64,000 nt of DNA from Neocallimastix sp. 'constans' (GCA_050613775.1 JBODTK010000160.1:62001-126000); one strand, 5' to 3'; shown: positions 12,801-26,676, counted from the first letter of the stretch. Numbers and translations: made by a program. The notes: generated by a model not told the origin, from the letters alone.

Positions 12801-13841
12801 TATTCCTTCATTTTACAATTAAATAAAACATGATCAATACAAGACGATCTACCATCCCGAGCCCATGTGAAATCGAGACCTGATAAGTATTTAGTGAACC
12901 ACTGATAAGATGATTTATTAAGTAAACTATCTAATTGGGATTTAGACATATTAAAGTCACCTACAAGAATAGAAGGTGTATTAGTATGTTTCTTTATCCA
13001 ATTAGTAATTTCTGAAAAGGCATTCTTTCTTTCTTCCTTATGAGTGACCGTAGGAACATAAATATTACCAATAGTGCATTTAATTCCCCAAAAAGATGTA
13101 ATGTTGACAGAAATGATATACTTATATTCAAAGGGATCAGGAGAAAATGAACATGAACGATGTACACTTATACTAAGACCTCTCATACCGGGTATATTTG
13201 GATCAGCTTTACGTAAAATTGTATTATAGTGACAAAGAAATGGGTAATTATTTGAATGTGCATTAAGGTATTGGCTATTACCGACCTCTTGCAAGCAAAT
13301 ACAGATGGGTTTAAAAATTTCATTAAAGTATCTAATACCATCACGTTTTTCATCATTCCATCCATTAATATTCCAACTGACACAAAGATTAAAGAACTGA
13401 GTAGACGGTGAATAAATATTACTATAAAGAAAATCTTTAGCCATTGATTTAGTTTCAAAAGAAGAAAATTTGTTGTTAAATTTCTTAACTTCACTGAAAG
13501 TTCTGATTTTGTCGGTTTGGATCCAATTAATTTTATTGATTGGAAGGCAATGGGTAAGAAGAAATAAAATATTTAGGTAATAAGTGGGTTTATCATAGTT
13601 TATCCTTAAAATGAAGTAATTTTCCATATTAGGTGTGTGTGTTTTTATAATTCCATGAACTATTTCATTGCAATTGGAAATACGTTTGAAATTCCCAAAG
13701 TTTACTAACAGACCATGATTGAAGATCATGAATAAAGATAAGAATGAAATCTTTATTCTGAATATCGTATCTTCGAAGACCACGTCGCAAAACAGGTATA
13801 GTTGCTGAATTTGAAGAAGTATTATCCATATCAAGAAAGCC
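9802..13841 (-). mobile_element. RTE-like non-LTR retrotransposon copy B (APE endonuclease-RT), probably defective
   Basis: SWNING, CLQE, GDFN, IDH, SDH (APE); KAPGPDGIP, PKKGD..NYRGISL, GVRQGCPLSP, FADD (RT). The ORF stops inside the zinc knuckle and lacks the C-terminal part seen in copy C. The true start is probably ATG 13829 (MDNT...LIFIHDLQSW) with a frameshift near 13685. Tail 9802-9814. Confidence 0.9.
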
Positions 13842-14771
13842 TAAAAAATAAAATAAAAGAAGAATAAAATAAAAATAATAAAAATAATAAAAAAAATAGA
13901 TAAAAAAAATTTTTTTTTTTTTTTTATATATATATATGTAATAAAATAAATTAAAAAATAAAAGAGAAAGTAAATTCTCTTTAAATAGTAAAAAAAAAAA
14001 TATTGGTGTTGAATATTTGAAAGCTTGAAATATAAAATTGTTCTTGATGATTGAATAGATTTTAGATTTTGTAAATAATTGATTTTATCCTGTATAACTG
14101 ATATAATATTTATAAATTTACTCAAGGGTTAGTAATTTATTGATACAAAATTACTTGTATATACTGTAAAAATGAATAATTGTTTCTTTTTATCTTTTGA
14201 ATGATTGTAATTCTTTCAATTAATAAAGCGCTTTAAGATGTTAAAAATTTTCTGTTGAATAATCATAAATTAGCTAAAAGTATATTTAAAAAGAAAAAAT
14301 ATTAGTAGAGAAAGACAATAAAAAAGATTCCCATCCGTTAAATAATGTCTTAAACACAAGCTTTGGAGTGAATCAATCTCCTACATTTCCATTTTACAAT
14401 AGCTACATGAAAGTATAAATAATACTATAGAAAAATACATATACAAAATAATGCTAAAGTAAAAAATACAATAGATTCATTACAATGATAATATGTAGAA
14501 ACTACATGATATTATTAATTATACAACTCCAATGTTACTACATATCCAGTTTAAAACAATATAAAACATCAGGTTCACTTTCTACAGTCTTCCAGTATTC
14601 CAGTTTTCACTCTTCGTACTAGAAGCCACTTTAGAAAGGATAACCATCGATTATCATCAGAATCACAGAAAGCTGTAATTAGTACACCTGATATAGGTTA
14701 TTCCTTTTCCATCAACCCTCCATGGACCTGGAAAAACAGTCCACATCATTGGGGATGATTTTCAAATTAGA

Positions 14772-14773
<2 letters not shown>

Positions 14774-14827
<54 letters not shown>

Positions 14828-17800
14828 CAGGGAAGAGAATACACTTCCAAAAACTTTATTAAATTTTATTTTAAAAAATACATGTAGGTGAAAAGTACAT
14901 TAGAAATTAAAAATAAAAAATTAAAAAATAAAAAATAAAAAATAAAAAAGCTCGAAAATACTATGTATTTCGGCAAGTTGTACTATGCGGGAATTTTACC
15001 CTTCCTATCAAATAAAAAAGAAATAAAATTTAGAAGTAACATCCTTAAAATAGATAGTGTGGTGTCCACTAAACTCTCCCCGGATTCATCATTTATTGAG
15101 CTACTAGGGCGAGAATCACCCTTCGTAGTAATAGATGATAATCCTGTATTTTCATTATGCCTTATCAGTACGACGTCGACGCTCTTGGTTAAGTTTGATA
15201 TTTTGCAATACCTATCAAATAATAGCTCAAACGAACTACTTATGATAGGTATTGCATTTGTTAAGAATTCCGCCAAGCCCACAATTTTTGGAACAGGTGA
15301 CTCAGATGAACCTTTGAAAAGTAGTTCATTTAAATGTCTCTGTTCCCCACTATCGAAATGTAGTTCATTTAAAACTAAAGTCCCACCAAGAAGGAACAAG
15401 TATATATAATGATTGATATAATCTTCAAAATCAGAAATAGAGTCATAGGAAGAAAGAGGATTAAACGCTCTAATCTTCCTAAGGAATAAAACATAGAGAT
15501 CATCGATGAAATTTAAAGAATTCCATCTAAAAGATGCAAGAGCATCGCATTTAAAAATCCAATGTTCAAAAGATTGATTACCTTCACCACAACATGGGCA
15601 GGACTTTGGACAATCTTCTGAAACTCTACCCATTCTAATAGCAATAGTAGTATTGTATTTATAACCACAGCGTAAACGTATAATCCACGAAAATCCTAAG
15701 TTGAATTGGGGATATTTTAAGCTAAGCATTATTATAGCTTTATTGTTTGAGAACTTGTTACTATCGTAGTTTTGACCTTTAATACCTTGAAATCTGGAAA
15801 CTGATTTCCAGTAACGTTCTATAATATCGTCATATTTTACACATTTATATTTTTTGATTTTTTTATATAGTGTTCTAGATTCTTTAGTCCAGGAATAATA
15901 AGGCATTTTGGGAATAGATTTAATAAGATCCTTTATGATACAGTTTGATTTACTCCATTTTGCAAATGATTTAATCTGTAAGGCTGCGCAGATACCAGCA
16001 ATAGGAGGGATGCTTAGATCTCGAGATAAAGCATAAGTACTCATTGTTGAATTATGTCTAATATAGTCATTGTTTTCTGTATTTGTTTTACCATTTTTAG
16101 AGAAGGAACCGATACACCAAAATAGACCAGTATTAATTAATGTTTGAATTCTAGCCGTTCTAGATTTGTTTGAACCAAGTAAAGGAGAATAATAAATTAC
16201 TTTACTAATAACAAAGGATTGAAGAACTTTTTTCTTGTATACAATAGGAATAAGTTTATTTGAAAAGAAACGTGTAAATGAAAGAAGGGATTTTCTAACT
16301 TTAAAATGCATGTGAGATATAATGTGTTCTAGTAGGAGATCATCTGAAAAAGGAATACCAAGATAGACATAACTAGAAACTTTAGGAATATCATTCTTTC
16401 CTAAATAGAAGGTTGGATCACTATAGTTTGGAGGAGGTTGGAAGTTCATTGGTTTTATAACCATAGTTGCACACTTTTCAATACCAAAAGTCATTTCATT
16501 TAAATTAGCCCATTTATGTACCTTTTTTAATAATTTTTCTAAATTTTTTGCACTTGGAGCAATGAGAACAACATCATCAGCAAAGAGTCCACCACAACAC
16601 TTTTTTCTTCCAACATTAACACCATACTTTTCACAGTCATTTAGTATATCATTGATGAATAAATTGAATAAGATTGGAGATAAAGGACAACCTTGACGAA
16701 CACCTCTTTTAATAGGAAATTCATTTGATAACATTGAAGCAAATCGAGCACGTGCTTTAGATGAAGTATATAAATTACAAAGAAAATCAAAACATTTACC
16801 GCGTACTCCATAGTGATATAATTTAGTAAGAATGTTAAAAATAGGAACTGAATCATAAGCTTTTTTAAGATCTAAAAAAGCTAAATATGTGAATTTTCCT
16901 TGGAATTTTCTTCTTTGACAAATTTCTCTAACGGAAATGAATAAACTAATGCATTCTTCGCGGTTGCGAAATCCAAATTGTTCAGGTCTAATGAAATTGT
17001 GTGAGAGTGCGTAAGTAGATATTCTATCTGTTATAATTTTTGAAATGATTTTTAGTCCAACGTTAATGAGAGAAATACCTCGATAATTACTACAATCTGA
17101 TAGGTCACCCTTCTTAGGAATTGATACAATAGAAGCTGAGTTCCATTTTTTAGGAAATGACCCATTCCATATTTTATTAAATATCAATTTTAGACACTTT
17201 CCAGCAGCAGGATGTGATTCTAGTAATTCTTCGTTACAAAAAAGAGCTTTGTAGAATTCAATCGGAATACCATCGGGGCCGGGTGCTTTGTTATTTTTCA
17301 TCGATGAAATAGTTTTTTTAATATCTTCAATCGTAATAGGACCATTTATATTCCAGGTAGTGGATCTAAGACTAATATTCCTTAAAGCATGATTCCAGTA
17401 ATTACGATTAAGGCTGTGACCTGAGGGATCCGAAGCAAGATCTTTATAATATTCAGCCCATCTATCTAATTGCTTTGAAGGAGAGATAATATCTTGACCA
17501 AACTTAGATTTAATGCAAGTAAGGGAGGTAGATGAATATGATGGTTTAGCCATTTTCTTTAAACATCTCCAACCATTTTTGAAATCTTTATTCAAAAAAT
17601 AATTACCTATTTTTACTATATTAGCCTTAAATCTAGCAGAACGAAATTTACTCTTAGTTTTCTTGATTAATTTGCAAAGTTTTTCATATTTATTAAATTG
17701 TTCAAGGTAATTATCAACATTTTCACAATTAAAGTAAGGCTTAATATTCCGAAATGCAATATGTTTTTCATGAGATAGTTTTTTAATGTAATAAGGACAA

Positions 17801-19079
17801 TGAAAAGCAGAGCCCTTTAAATTTGTTGGAATAAAAGCCTTAATATCTTTCCCGATATTATTTGCTGTATTGATAAATTTTTCTACCATTTCATCAGCCG
17901 TAAGCGAATTGTAATGAGAATCAAGGTCATTTTCTAGGATTGAAAAATAATTATGTGATAAAATATCTGAATTTTTTGTTTTACAAATATGAGTTGACCA
18001 TTTAGAAACTTTAGTAGGCCTTATAAAACCATCGGAGAGAACTTTGTTGCAAGAAAGTAAAATAGGTTTATGATCAGAAATACCATAAAACGAAGTACAA
18101 ACCGAGGTTTTATTAATATGGGATGCCAAAGCCTCATTATAGATGACATGATCAATGCAAGATGATCTAGTACCTTTAGCATATGTAAATTGATTACCAT
18201 ATAAAGGAGCAATATACCAATTAGGAAAATTATTTGAAATGTATGTTTTGATCTTCTTTAATGACATGTTAAAGTCACCAACTAGGACAGCCGGAACATT
18301 TTTTCTATTGTGAAAACGTAACCATTGAGAGAGTTCATCAAAAGCAACTAGTCTTGCTTCCTTCCATTTGCTTTGAGGGAAGTAGATATTACCAATAGTA
18401 CATTTTTGATTCCAAAAAGAAGTAATATTAACTGAAATGATATATTTGTATAAAAACGGTTCTTGGAAGAAAGAGCACGAAGAATGAACACCAATAAAGA
18501 GTCCTCTCATACCAGGGGTTTTAGGATTAGCTTTAAGGAAAACTGAGTTGTAATATGGAATTAAAGGTGATGAAACATCTTTTGGTAGATATTTACTTTT
18601 TCCAGTTTCTTGTAGACAGATACATATAGGTTTAAAAGTAGAGTTGAGATACAAAATACTATCTCGCTTTTCAGTATTCCAACCGTTAATATTCCAACTA
18701 ACACAGAGATTAAAGAAAGAAGAATTTGAATTTAGATGGCTAGAGAAAAAATCTTTTGCCATAGGATTAAGTTCAACATCAATGTTTTTAGATTTCCTCG
18801 ACTTGTTCATTTGATTCAGTTTATTACACAAGGACCAGGTAATTTTAGCTGTTTCAGGAATTTCATCTCTTAAGAAATTTAAAACATAGAAAAAGATGAG
18901 ATCATTTTTGTATTTATTAACCCTAATAATGAAGTATGAGCCATACCTTGGAGAAAAAAGTTTTTTAACATATGGAATAATTTCATTGTAGTAAGGGATC
19001 TTACTAATAACTTGTGCCATTAGTTTTCTAGGGGACCAAGAATTAAGGTCATGAATGAAAATAAGGCTATAATTATTCA

Positions 19080-19080
<1 letters not shown>
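14774..19080 (-). mobile_element. RTE-like non-LTR retrotransposon copy C, intact single ORF
   Basis: Poly(A) tail 14774-14824. 3' end AATAAA...GGAAGTGTATTCTCTTCCCTGTCT. The 5' end abuts the poly(A) tail of copy D. Confidence 0.93.
14983..19080 (-). CDS. LINE ORF: N-terminal extension, APE endonuclease, RT, C-terminal CCHC zinc knuckle
   Basis: 1365 aa uninterrupted; SWNING, LQET, GDFN, SDH; FADD; CPCCGEGNQSFEHWIFKC. Confidence 0.93.
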
Positions 19081-19110
<30 letters not shown>

Positions 19111-21497
19111 GGCAGCAAACTTGTTTCATCTTTATTAATTAAATATTTGATAAAATACATGTAATAAAATAATAAAAAAAAAAAAAGATAAAAAAATAAA
19201 CAAAAAATAAAACACAAAATAAAAATAAAATAATGGTATAATATATTCTAGTTTCATTTAATTAATATTTGTAAGACTTCACAAGGGCATTATTATACTG
19301 AAGTATAATAATTAACTTTGACTTCGCAATGTTAATCATAATTTTAAGATACAAAATTATGATCTTCATTGGTTGCGCTAACCCTGCTGGCCTGTCTTAC
19401 TGTTTCTTCAGCATTGACGCTCTTGGTAGTAGTAGTACGATTCGATTTGAACCTATTGAACAAAGACAATTGCTGGCCAATAGCAATAGGTATAATCGAT
19501 TGGAGAAGTGCCGCAGTAACCACTAAGAACGGAGTATCAGAATAAGCACCTGATTTCATCTGGCACTTAAATAGATCCTTCCATTCCCTTGTACTGTTAT
19601 TAATACTTCGACCTCCAAGAAGGAAATTAAACACTTTTTCACACACACTAGAATCAATATACACATTATTTTCAATACTATTACTAACATTACTAAAAAT
19701 ACTATTACTAATATTATTATTACTATTATAACTATTACTATTATTACTATTACTATTATCATTATTACTATTAACAATATCATTTGTTAGGTTGCCACGG
19801 TAAAAAGCATTATATAAAAATGAAATTTTATCATTAACTTTACTACGAGTATGATTGAAAAAGGGACAATCAATTAACCAATGACTTATCCATTGTTTAT
19901 TACTTTTACAACAGGGACAAAAATTAGGACACATTTGGTCCACTATTTTTGCAGCTTTAGCAATTCTAGCATCTAATCTATATCCGCTTCGTGCTCTCAA
20001 TAGCCAATAGAAACCATATGAAAGATCAGGATAGTCATAACAAAGTTTTATAAATTTTGATGTTTCTTCGAATTTGTTTTTGTCATAAAACTCAGCTTTA
20101 ATAGAATTGATTTTCATATCTCTTTTCCAATAAAAATCCTTGATTTTATTATCGTTATTACCTCTTTTCTCTAGTTTACGTTTAAGAGTTCTACTTTCTT
20201 TTGTCCATGTATATTTTCTAGATTTTGGAATATTATTAACTAAATAGGAAATAATACAATTTGAATTTTTCCATTTATCAAAACATTTGACCTGAGACAA
20301 AGCACACTTAGCTGACAATGGAGGAATATGTAAATCTTTTGAAATAGAATATACATTAATAAATGATTTGGCTTTTTGTATACCTGCAATCCATCTTAAT
20401 CCTTTATTAATTAATTTCTGAGTATTATTTGTTCTCGTTTTATTCGAACCAAGTAAAGGTGCAAAGTAAGAGACTTTACTAAGTACATAAGAGTTAATTA
20501 TAATCTTCTTAAATGGAATAGGAATTTTGGAATTTGAAAGAAATTTACTAACAGAAAAGAGAGCTTTAGTTACTTTAGAGTTAAGTAATTTAATAATAGG
20601 TTTCAACGATAAGCTTTTATCAAATGGTATACCTAAATAGGTATAACATTTAGTTATTGGAATTGGTTGACCAGCAAGATAAAAAGTAGGATCTCTTTTA
20701 TTTTGAAAAAGAGGTGTGTCTGGTCGAATCACCATCGTTGCACACTTATTAATTCCAAAATTCATCATATTAAATTTAGCCCATTCATTCACCTTCTTAA
20801 GCATTTTTTTCAACTTAGTTCTTGACGGTGCGCATAGAACAATATCATCTGCAAAGAGTCCACCACAACATCTAGATTCGCCTAAAGGAATTCCAAGTTC
20901 TGAAACATCATTAAAAATGTCATTAATAAAAAGATTGAAAAGAATTGGTGATAGTGGACAACCTTGTCTAACTCCTTTCATAATATTAAAAGATTCCGAA
21001 TATTGATCATCAATTTTAACACTAGCTTTGGATGTCAAATATAGATTTTTTATAAATTGATAACATTTACCTCTAATACCTAAAGCATCTAATTTATATA
21101 AAATATTACCTATTGGAACAGAATCATATGCCTTTTTTAAATCTAGAAAAGCTAGGTAAGTTTCTTTATTATCATTTTTACGCCTTTGACAAATTTCTCG
21201 AATTGAAATAAATAAACTAACACATTCTTCTTTAGTACGAAATCCAAATTGCTCTGGCCTAATAAAATTATTTTTAAGTCCATATTCTGAAATTCTTTTG
21301 GAGACTATTTTCGAAATGAGTTTAATACCATTGTTAATCAGAGAGATACCTCGATAATTGTCACAATCAGATAGATCATCTCCTTTTTTAGGAATAGATA
21401 TAATACTTGCTTCATTCCATGAGCTAGGAAATTCTCCATTCCAAATTCTTGAGTATATCTTCTGTAAACAATTTAAACCAGAAGAAGAATTATTTAC
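19081..21497 (-). mobile_element. 5'-truncated RTE-like LINE copy D (RT and C-terminus)
   Basis: Tail 19081-19107. The frame is open from ~21497 (GLNCLQKIYSRIWNGEFPSSWNEASIISIPKKGD) to the stop at 19344 with no initiator ATG at its 5' end. FADD and CPCC...HWLIDC are present; APE is absent. Confidence 0.9.
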
Positions 21498-21570
21498 TTA
21501 TAATTATTCATATGATTTCCGAAGCAGTAGAAACCACGATGGAAGGGAGTAGTGTTAACAGAACTAGAAG

Positions 21571-21680
21571 TTCAAATTAGAAGTAACGATATTATAATTT
21601 TCACTATTACTAATATTAGTATTTTAAGATACGTAATTAATAGCTTGTTGGCCTGTCTTACTGCTTCTTCAGCATTGACG
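21571..21680 (-). pseudogene. Short LINE 3'-region fragment (copy E)
   Basis: 21650-21680 GGCCTGTCTTACTGCTTCTTCAGCATTGACG nearly matches copy D 19389-19419. AGAAGTAAC is shared with the 3' regions of copies B and C. Confidence 0.65.
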
Positions 21681-22225
21681 ACAAGGAACCTCACCTCCAG
21701 ATTTTAAGATATCTTTTTTTAGATATAAATATATATTAAACTATAATAATTTATAAATTTTTTCTATAATTTAAATTTACTTTAAACATTTTATAACACT
21801 ATTTATATATTATCCTTCAAATACACTCAATATTATAAAGTACACTCAAAAAAATAAAAAAAAAAAAAAAAAAAAAAGACACATATTTATTTTATATTTT
21901 TTTAATAAATTTTTTGGTTTTTATTTATAATTTTAATATTTCTTCTCTTTTTTTTTTTAGTTTTCAATATTAAATAGAAATATTTTTAATATTTCCACTT
22001 TTTCTTTTTTATATTTTTCTTCTAATTTTTTATAAATATTTTCATTTTTTTTCCTTTTCGTTTGTTTCTTTAACTTTTGTATTTTGTATTTTATAATATT
22101 AGAATTCTAATATTAAAAATTCTAAAATAGATAGGTTTTCTTACATATATTTTAAATAATTTAATATTACACATTGCTTAATACTAAATTATCTACAGGC
22201 GTGCTTTTAAGGTATCAGGTGTACT

Positions 22226-22754
22226 TTATAAAGTGTTGACATTGTCAAGGTATTGGCAAGCTTCTTGGACACGCTTGATCATAGTCTTTTCAGATTCACG
22301 AATCCAAGTACGTGGATCGTAGTACTTCTTGTTTGGCTTGTCTTCACCTTCTGGATTACCAATTTGACCTTGGAGGTATCCCTTCTTGGCTTCGTAGAAG
22401 TCACGAAGACCAACCCAGTAAGCCCATTGAGTATCGGTATCAATGTTCATCTTAACAACACCGTTGGAAAGAGCGGTCTTGATTTCTTGAACAGTGGAAC
22501 CGGAACCACCGTGGAAGACAAAGTTAACTGGCTTTTCTTCAGCACAACCAAGTTGCTTGCGAACGTATTCTTGATGCTTACCAAGAATTTCTGGAGCAAG
22601 AACAACGTTACCTGGCTTGTAAACACCGTGAACATTACCGAAAGCAGCAGCAATGGTGAACATATCAGTAATTTCAGAGAAAGCCTTGTAGACATCCCAG
22701 ATATCTTCTGGTTGAGTGTAAAGACTGCTCTTTTCAGCGTGAGAGTTATCAACA

Positions 22755-22786
<32 letters not shown>

Positions 22787-23657
22787 CATTTCTAAAAGTT
22801 GGTTCATCTTAGCCATACGCTTAAGGTAACCACAGCAAATGCTAATGTTTTCTTCCTTTGGTTGTTCAGAAAGATCTAACATGTGGGAAGAGAAAAGTGG
22901 TTCACCTATTTACCAATAATTAAATATTAAATATAAATGTTTTATTAATACATTTTTCGTACATTTATTAAATATTTTAATAAATCTTCCTTTATTTTTA
23001 AATCTTAATTTTCTTTCATAAATCCATTTATGTATTATCAATATGATTTTTCCTTATTTTATTTTAACATTTTCATTTTTTTAAAATGAAAATGTTCACA
23101 TATATATCGCCCATTTAAAGTATTATCGTATATTAATAATTATTTTCACTTTTCACTTATTTATTCTTAAAATTTAAATTATAACCATAATTTTTTCTTT
23201 ATAACAAATACATTATATATATAGTAATAATATATTAATATGCATTCATTTTGTATTTACCGTGAACAGCGAAGTATTCTTCATCAGCCTTAAGCATACC
23301 ATCGAACCATGGAAGAAGCTTCTTGGCACAGTGATCAGAGTGAAGAACAACTGGAATACCGTAAGCCTTAGCGACTTGACGAACGTGGAGAGCACCAGCA
23401 ACGGCACCAAGAATAGAAGCTTCTTGGTTCTTGTTGGAGATACCCTTACCAGCGTAGAAAGCAGAACCACCATTGGAGAATTGAATGATGATTGGAGCCT
23501 TAATATCACGAGCAGCTTCTAAAACAGCGTTAACAGTAGAAGAAGAAGTACAGTTAACAGCTGGAATAGCGAATTTGTGTTCCTTAGCGTACTTGAAAAG
23601 TTTTCTAAGGTTATCGCCAGTAACAACACCTGGTGGAACAATATCGAGAATACCCAT
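22226..23657 (-). CDS. FBA1: Fructose-1,6-bisphosphate aldolase, class II (2 exons: 23657-23261, 22905-22226; 358 aa)
   Basis: Motifs FAIPAVN, QFSNGG, HSDHC, SSHMLDLS, GGEEDG, FGNVHG, FHGGSG, KMNIDTD, YYDPR. The GT-AG intron 23260-22906 joins H-G-E-P-L-F in frame. Confidence 0.97.
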
Positions 23658-26600
23658 TTTATATTTTAAAATTTAATAATAAAAATATTATTTTAAAGTT
23701 TTGTGAAGAAAAAAAAAAAAGAGAAGAAAAAATTTCTTTTATATATTTTAATAATTTTTTTATTTACAATTTAATAATAATATATTATCAATTGATGTAT
23801 TATATATTATTGAATTAAATAAAAATAAAAGGATTGGTGGTTTATATATAAATATAATATTATTTACATTAAATTTTATTTTTCTAGAGCTTATTGATTT
23901 ATTATTTATGATTGGTTTATATTACCAATATCTCATCAATACGATCCATCATATATTATATATAAATTCTATATGTGTATTCCGTCCAATAAAATTTTAT
24001 TAAAATTAAAACTATTTTAATATATGGATTATAAAATAATAATATAATAATATATATATAAAATTTAAATTTTTATAAAAAATTAAATAAAAAATAAAAT
24101 AAAAAAAAATATAAAATATAAAAAATTAAATATAGAATAATTTATATATTAGTTATTTAGGATGATAATTTAAAAAATAAAAAATTTATAAAGAATAATT
24201 AATGAAAATGGTATAAAAGTAATAGTAAAAATAAATAAATAATTATTATTTATTTATTTTATTTTATTACAAAAAAAAAAATATATATATATATATATAA
24301 TTATTTTATTTTAATTATATAATTATGAAATTATAATTAATTTTATCATTATTATATAATAATAATATGGTTTAATAATTTGAATTGTTCTATGGAATTA
24401 GTTTTATCTATGTGAAATATGTAATTTTATTATCGTTAAAAGTAAGAGTTACATTTTAATACCCTATTTAATATAAAGTGTAAAAATAAAACAACCCTTT
24501 TCTTATAGGGATAAAATATAAATAAATATTATAAATATAATAAATTATTATTTTATTATTCAAAAAGAATATAATCAAAACGGTCATCAGTTCTATTTTA
24601 ATAACTAAGAAATGCTTTTCTTTTATTATAATATACAAAGTTTTAATATTAATTAAAACATCGATTAAATTATATATAGATCAATTTATATAATTATAGA
24701 AAATTTAAAATTTTTATTCTACTCCAGATGACCATGGCTAAATATAAATAATAATATTCTGAGTTTTATATATTATAAAATAGTTAAAAACATTAGATAA
24801 TAAATATATATATGAATTATTAATATCATTATTTAATGATTTAATAATACTATAATAAATCAGTATTTAAAAAAATTATTATTATTATTGTTATTATATT
24901 ATTATATATAATTCTATTAGTTTTTTTTTTTTTTTGTATTATTTTTTTTTTTTTTTTTTATTTTTAATTTTAGTATTTGGATTATTTGGATAAAATAAAA
25001 ATATAAATATAAATAAAATTAAAATTAAAAATTAAAAAAAAAAAAAAATAAAAAAATAAAAAAATAAAGTTTTTTCAATATTCAGATCTTTAAATCTTTA
25101 ATAACAATTAACAGTTCTCCTCATATTCAAAATAAAGTTTCTCAAAACAATTTATATTAATATATTGAAGTGTATATACTTTTAATGAATACAAATATAT
25201 TTTAACTTATCTTGTCTGGATTAAAAATTACCAATCTTTAAACTTTAATATAACACTATAAAATATTAATATAAAAATAATTTTAATTTCCTCCTCTTTT
25301 TTCTCTTTTTTTTTTTTTTTTTTTTATTGAAAAAAATATATTATATATTTTTTATTATTTTTTATTATTATATAGAAGTCTATCTTTTTTTTTTTTTATT
25401 TAATATATTAAAAAAAAAAAAAAAACTTTTCTTTTTCTATTACTTTAAATAATTGACAATTTTTTTTATTTAAATCTATATAGTATTTATTTTATTATTA
25501 TTATTATATATTATATATTATTTTTTTTCTTTTCAGTATTTATTTTGATAATATTTCTATAATTCTATAATATCTATTCAAATATTTAATATAAAAAATT
25601 CTTTATTTAGATAAACTCTTATATATATATATAGACAATTTAGATAAATAAATTTAATATATAAAAATATATTGTAATATATGTAAAACATTATAAATTA
25701 TAAAGTTTAAGATTTTAATTAAAAAAAAATTTTTTTTCAAAATATTTACATCATTTCAAAACAAAACGATTTGATTTTTTTTTCTTAAAAAAAAAAAAAA
25801 GATTATTAAAAACATTAATTAAGAAAAGAAAAACTAGAATCATTTATTGATAAAATATAAAATAAATTTTTATATTTTTATTTTTTATAATTTAAACATT
25901 ATATATTATATAAAAATAAAGAATAAAAAAATTTATTAAATCAGAATAACACAGCTTTTTTATAACTATTAGTTAAAAAAAACTTATACAAAATACAGAA
26001 AAAAATTTGTTTCGAATATTTAATATATTTAATATATATACTTTAAATTTTTGATTATAATTTTATTATAACATTGTTTATATATTGTTCATATATTTTC
26101 TTTATATATATATTCTAATTTAATATAATAAAAATATATTTTCCATATATTAATTATTTACATATTTACATATATATTTATAGTTGTAATTGTATTCTCA
26201 ATTATTATTAATATATTTTATTATATTGAATTATTATATAATTCAATATATATTTATTAATAAGTAATTATTATATTTTACTATTTAAATAATAAATGAT
26301 TTATGATTAATAAAAAAAAAAACGTTTTTTTTTTAGTTATAGCTTTTACTTAAATTAGTAAATTTATAATTAAAAAATTAAATTTAATATATAATTCCAA
26401 CTTAATGTATTAAAAAAAAAAAAAGGAGATTTTGTTATAATATAATATGTTTTTAAAGAAAAAAATAATAATAATAATTATAAATAAATAAATAAAATAT
26501 GCAATGGTTACAAAACATTAGTAATATTTATAGATACTTTTATAATATATAAAATAGTAAAACGACAAATTTATAAGTAGTATTCATATTAATAAAGTCT

Positions 26601-26676
26601 TGTTAATTATATTTAATATTTATTTTTTTTTTCTATTAAAAAAAAAAATTTCCCATTTTTAAACTTATTAATTTTT

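Noticed and set aside
22253..22795. 180-aa plus-strand ORF and other short overlapping ORFs
   Set aside because: Antisense or alternate-frame shadows of aldolase, pol, LINE and ABC coding regions.
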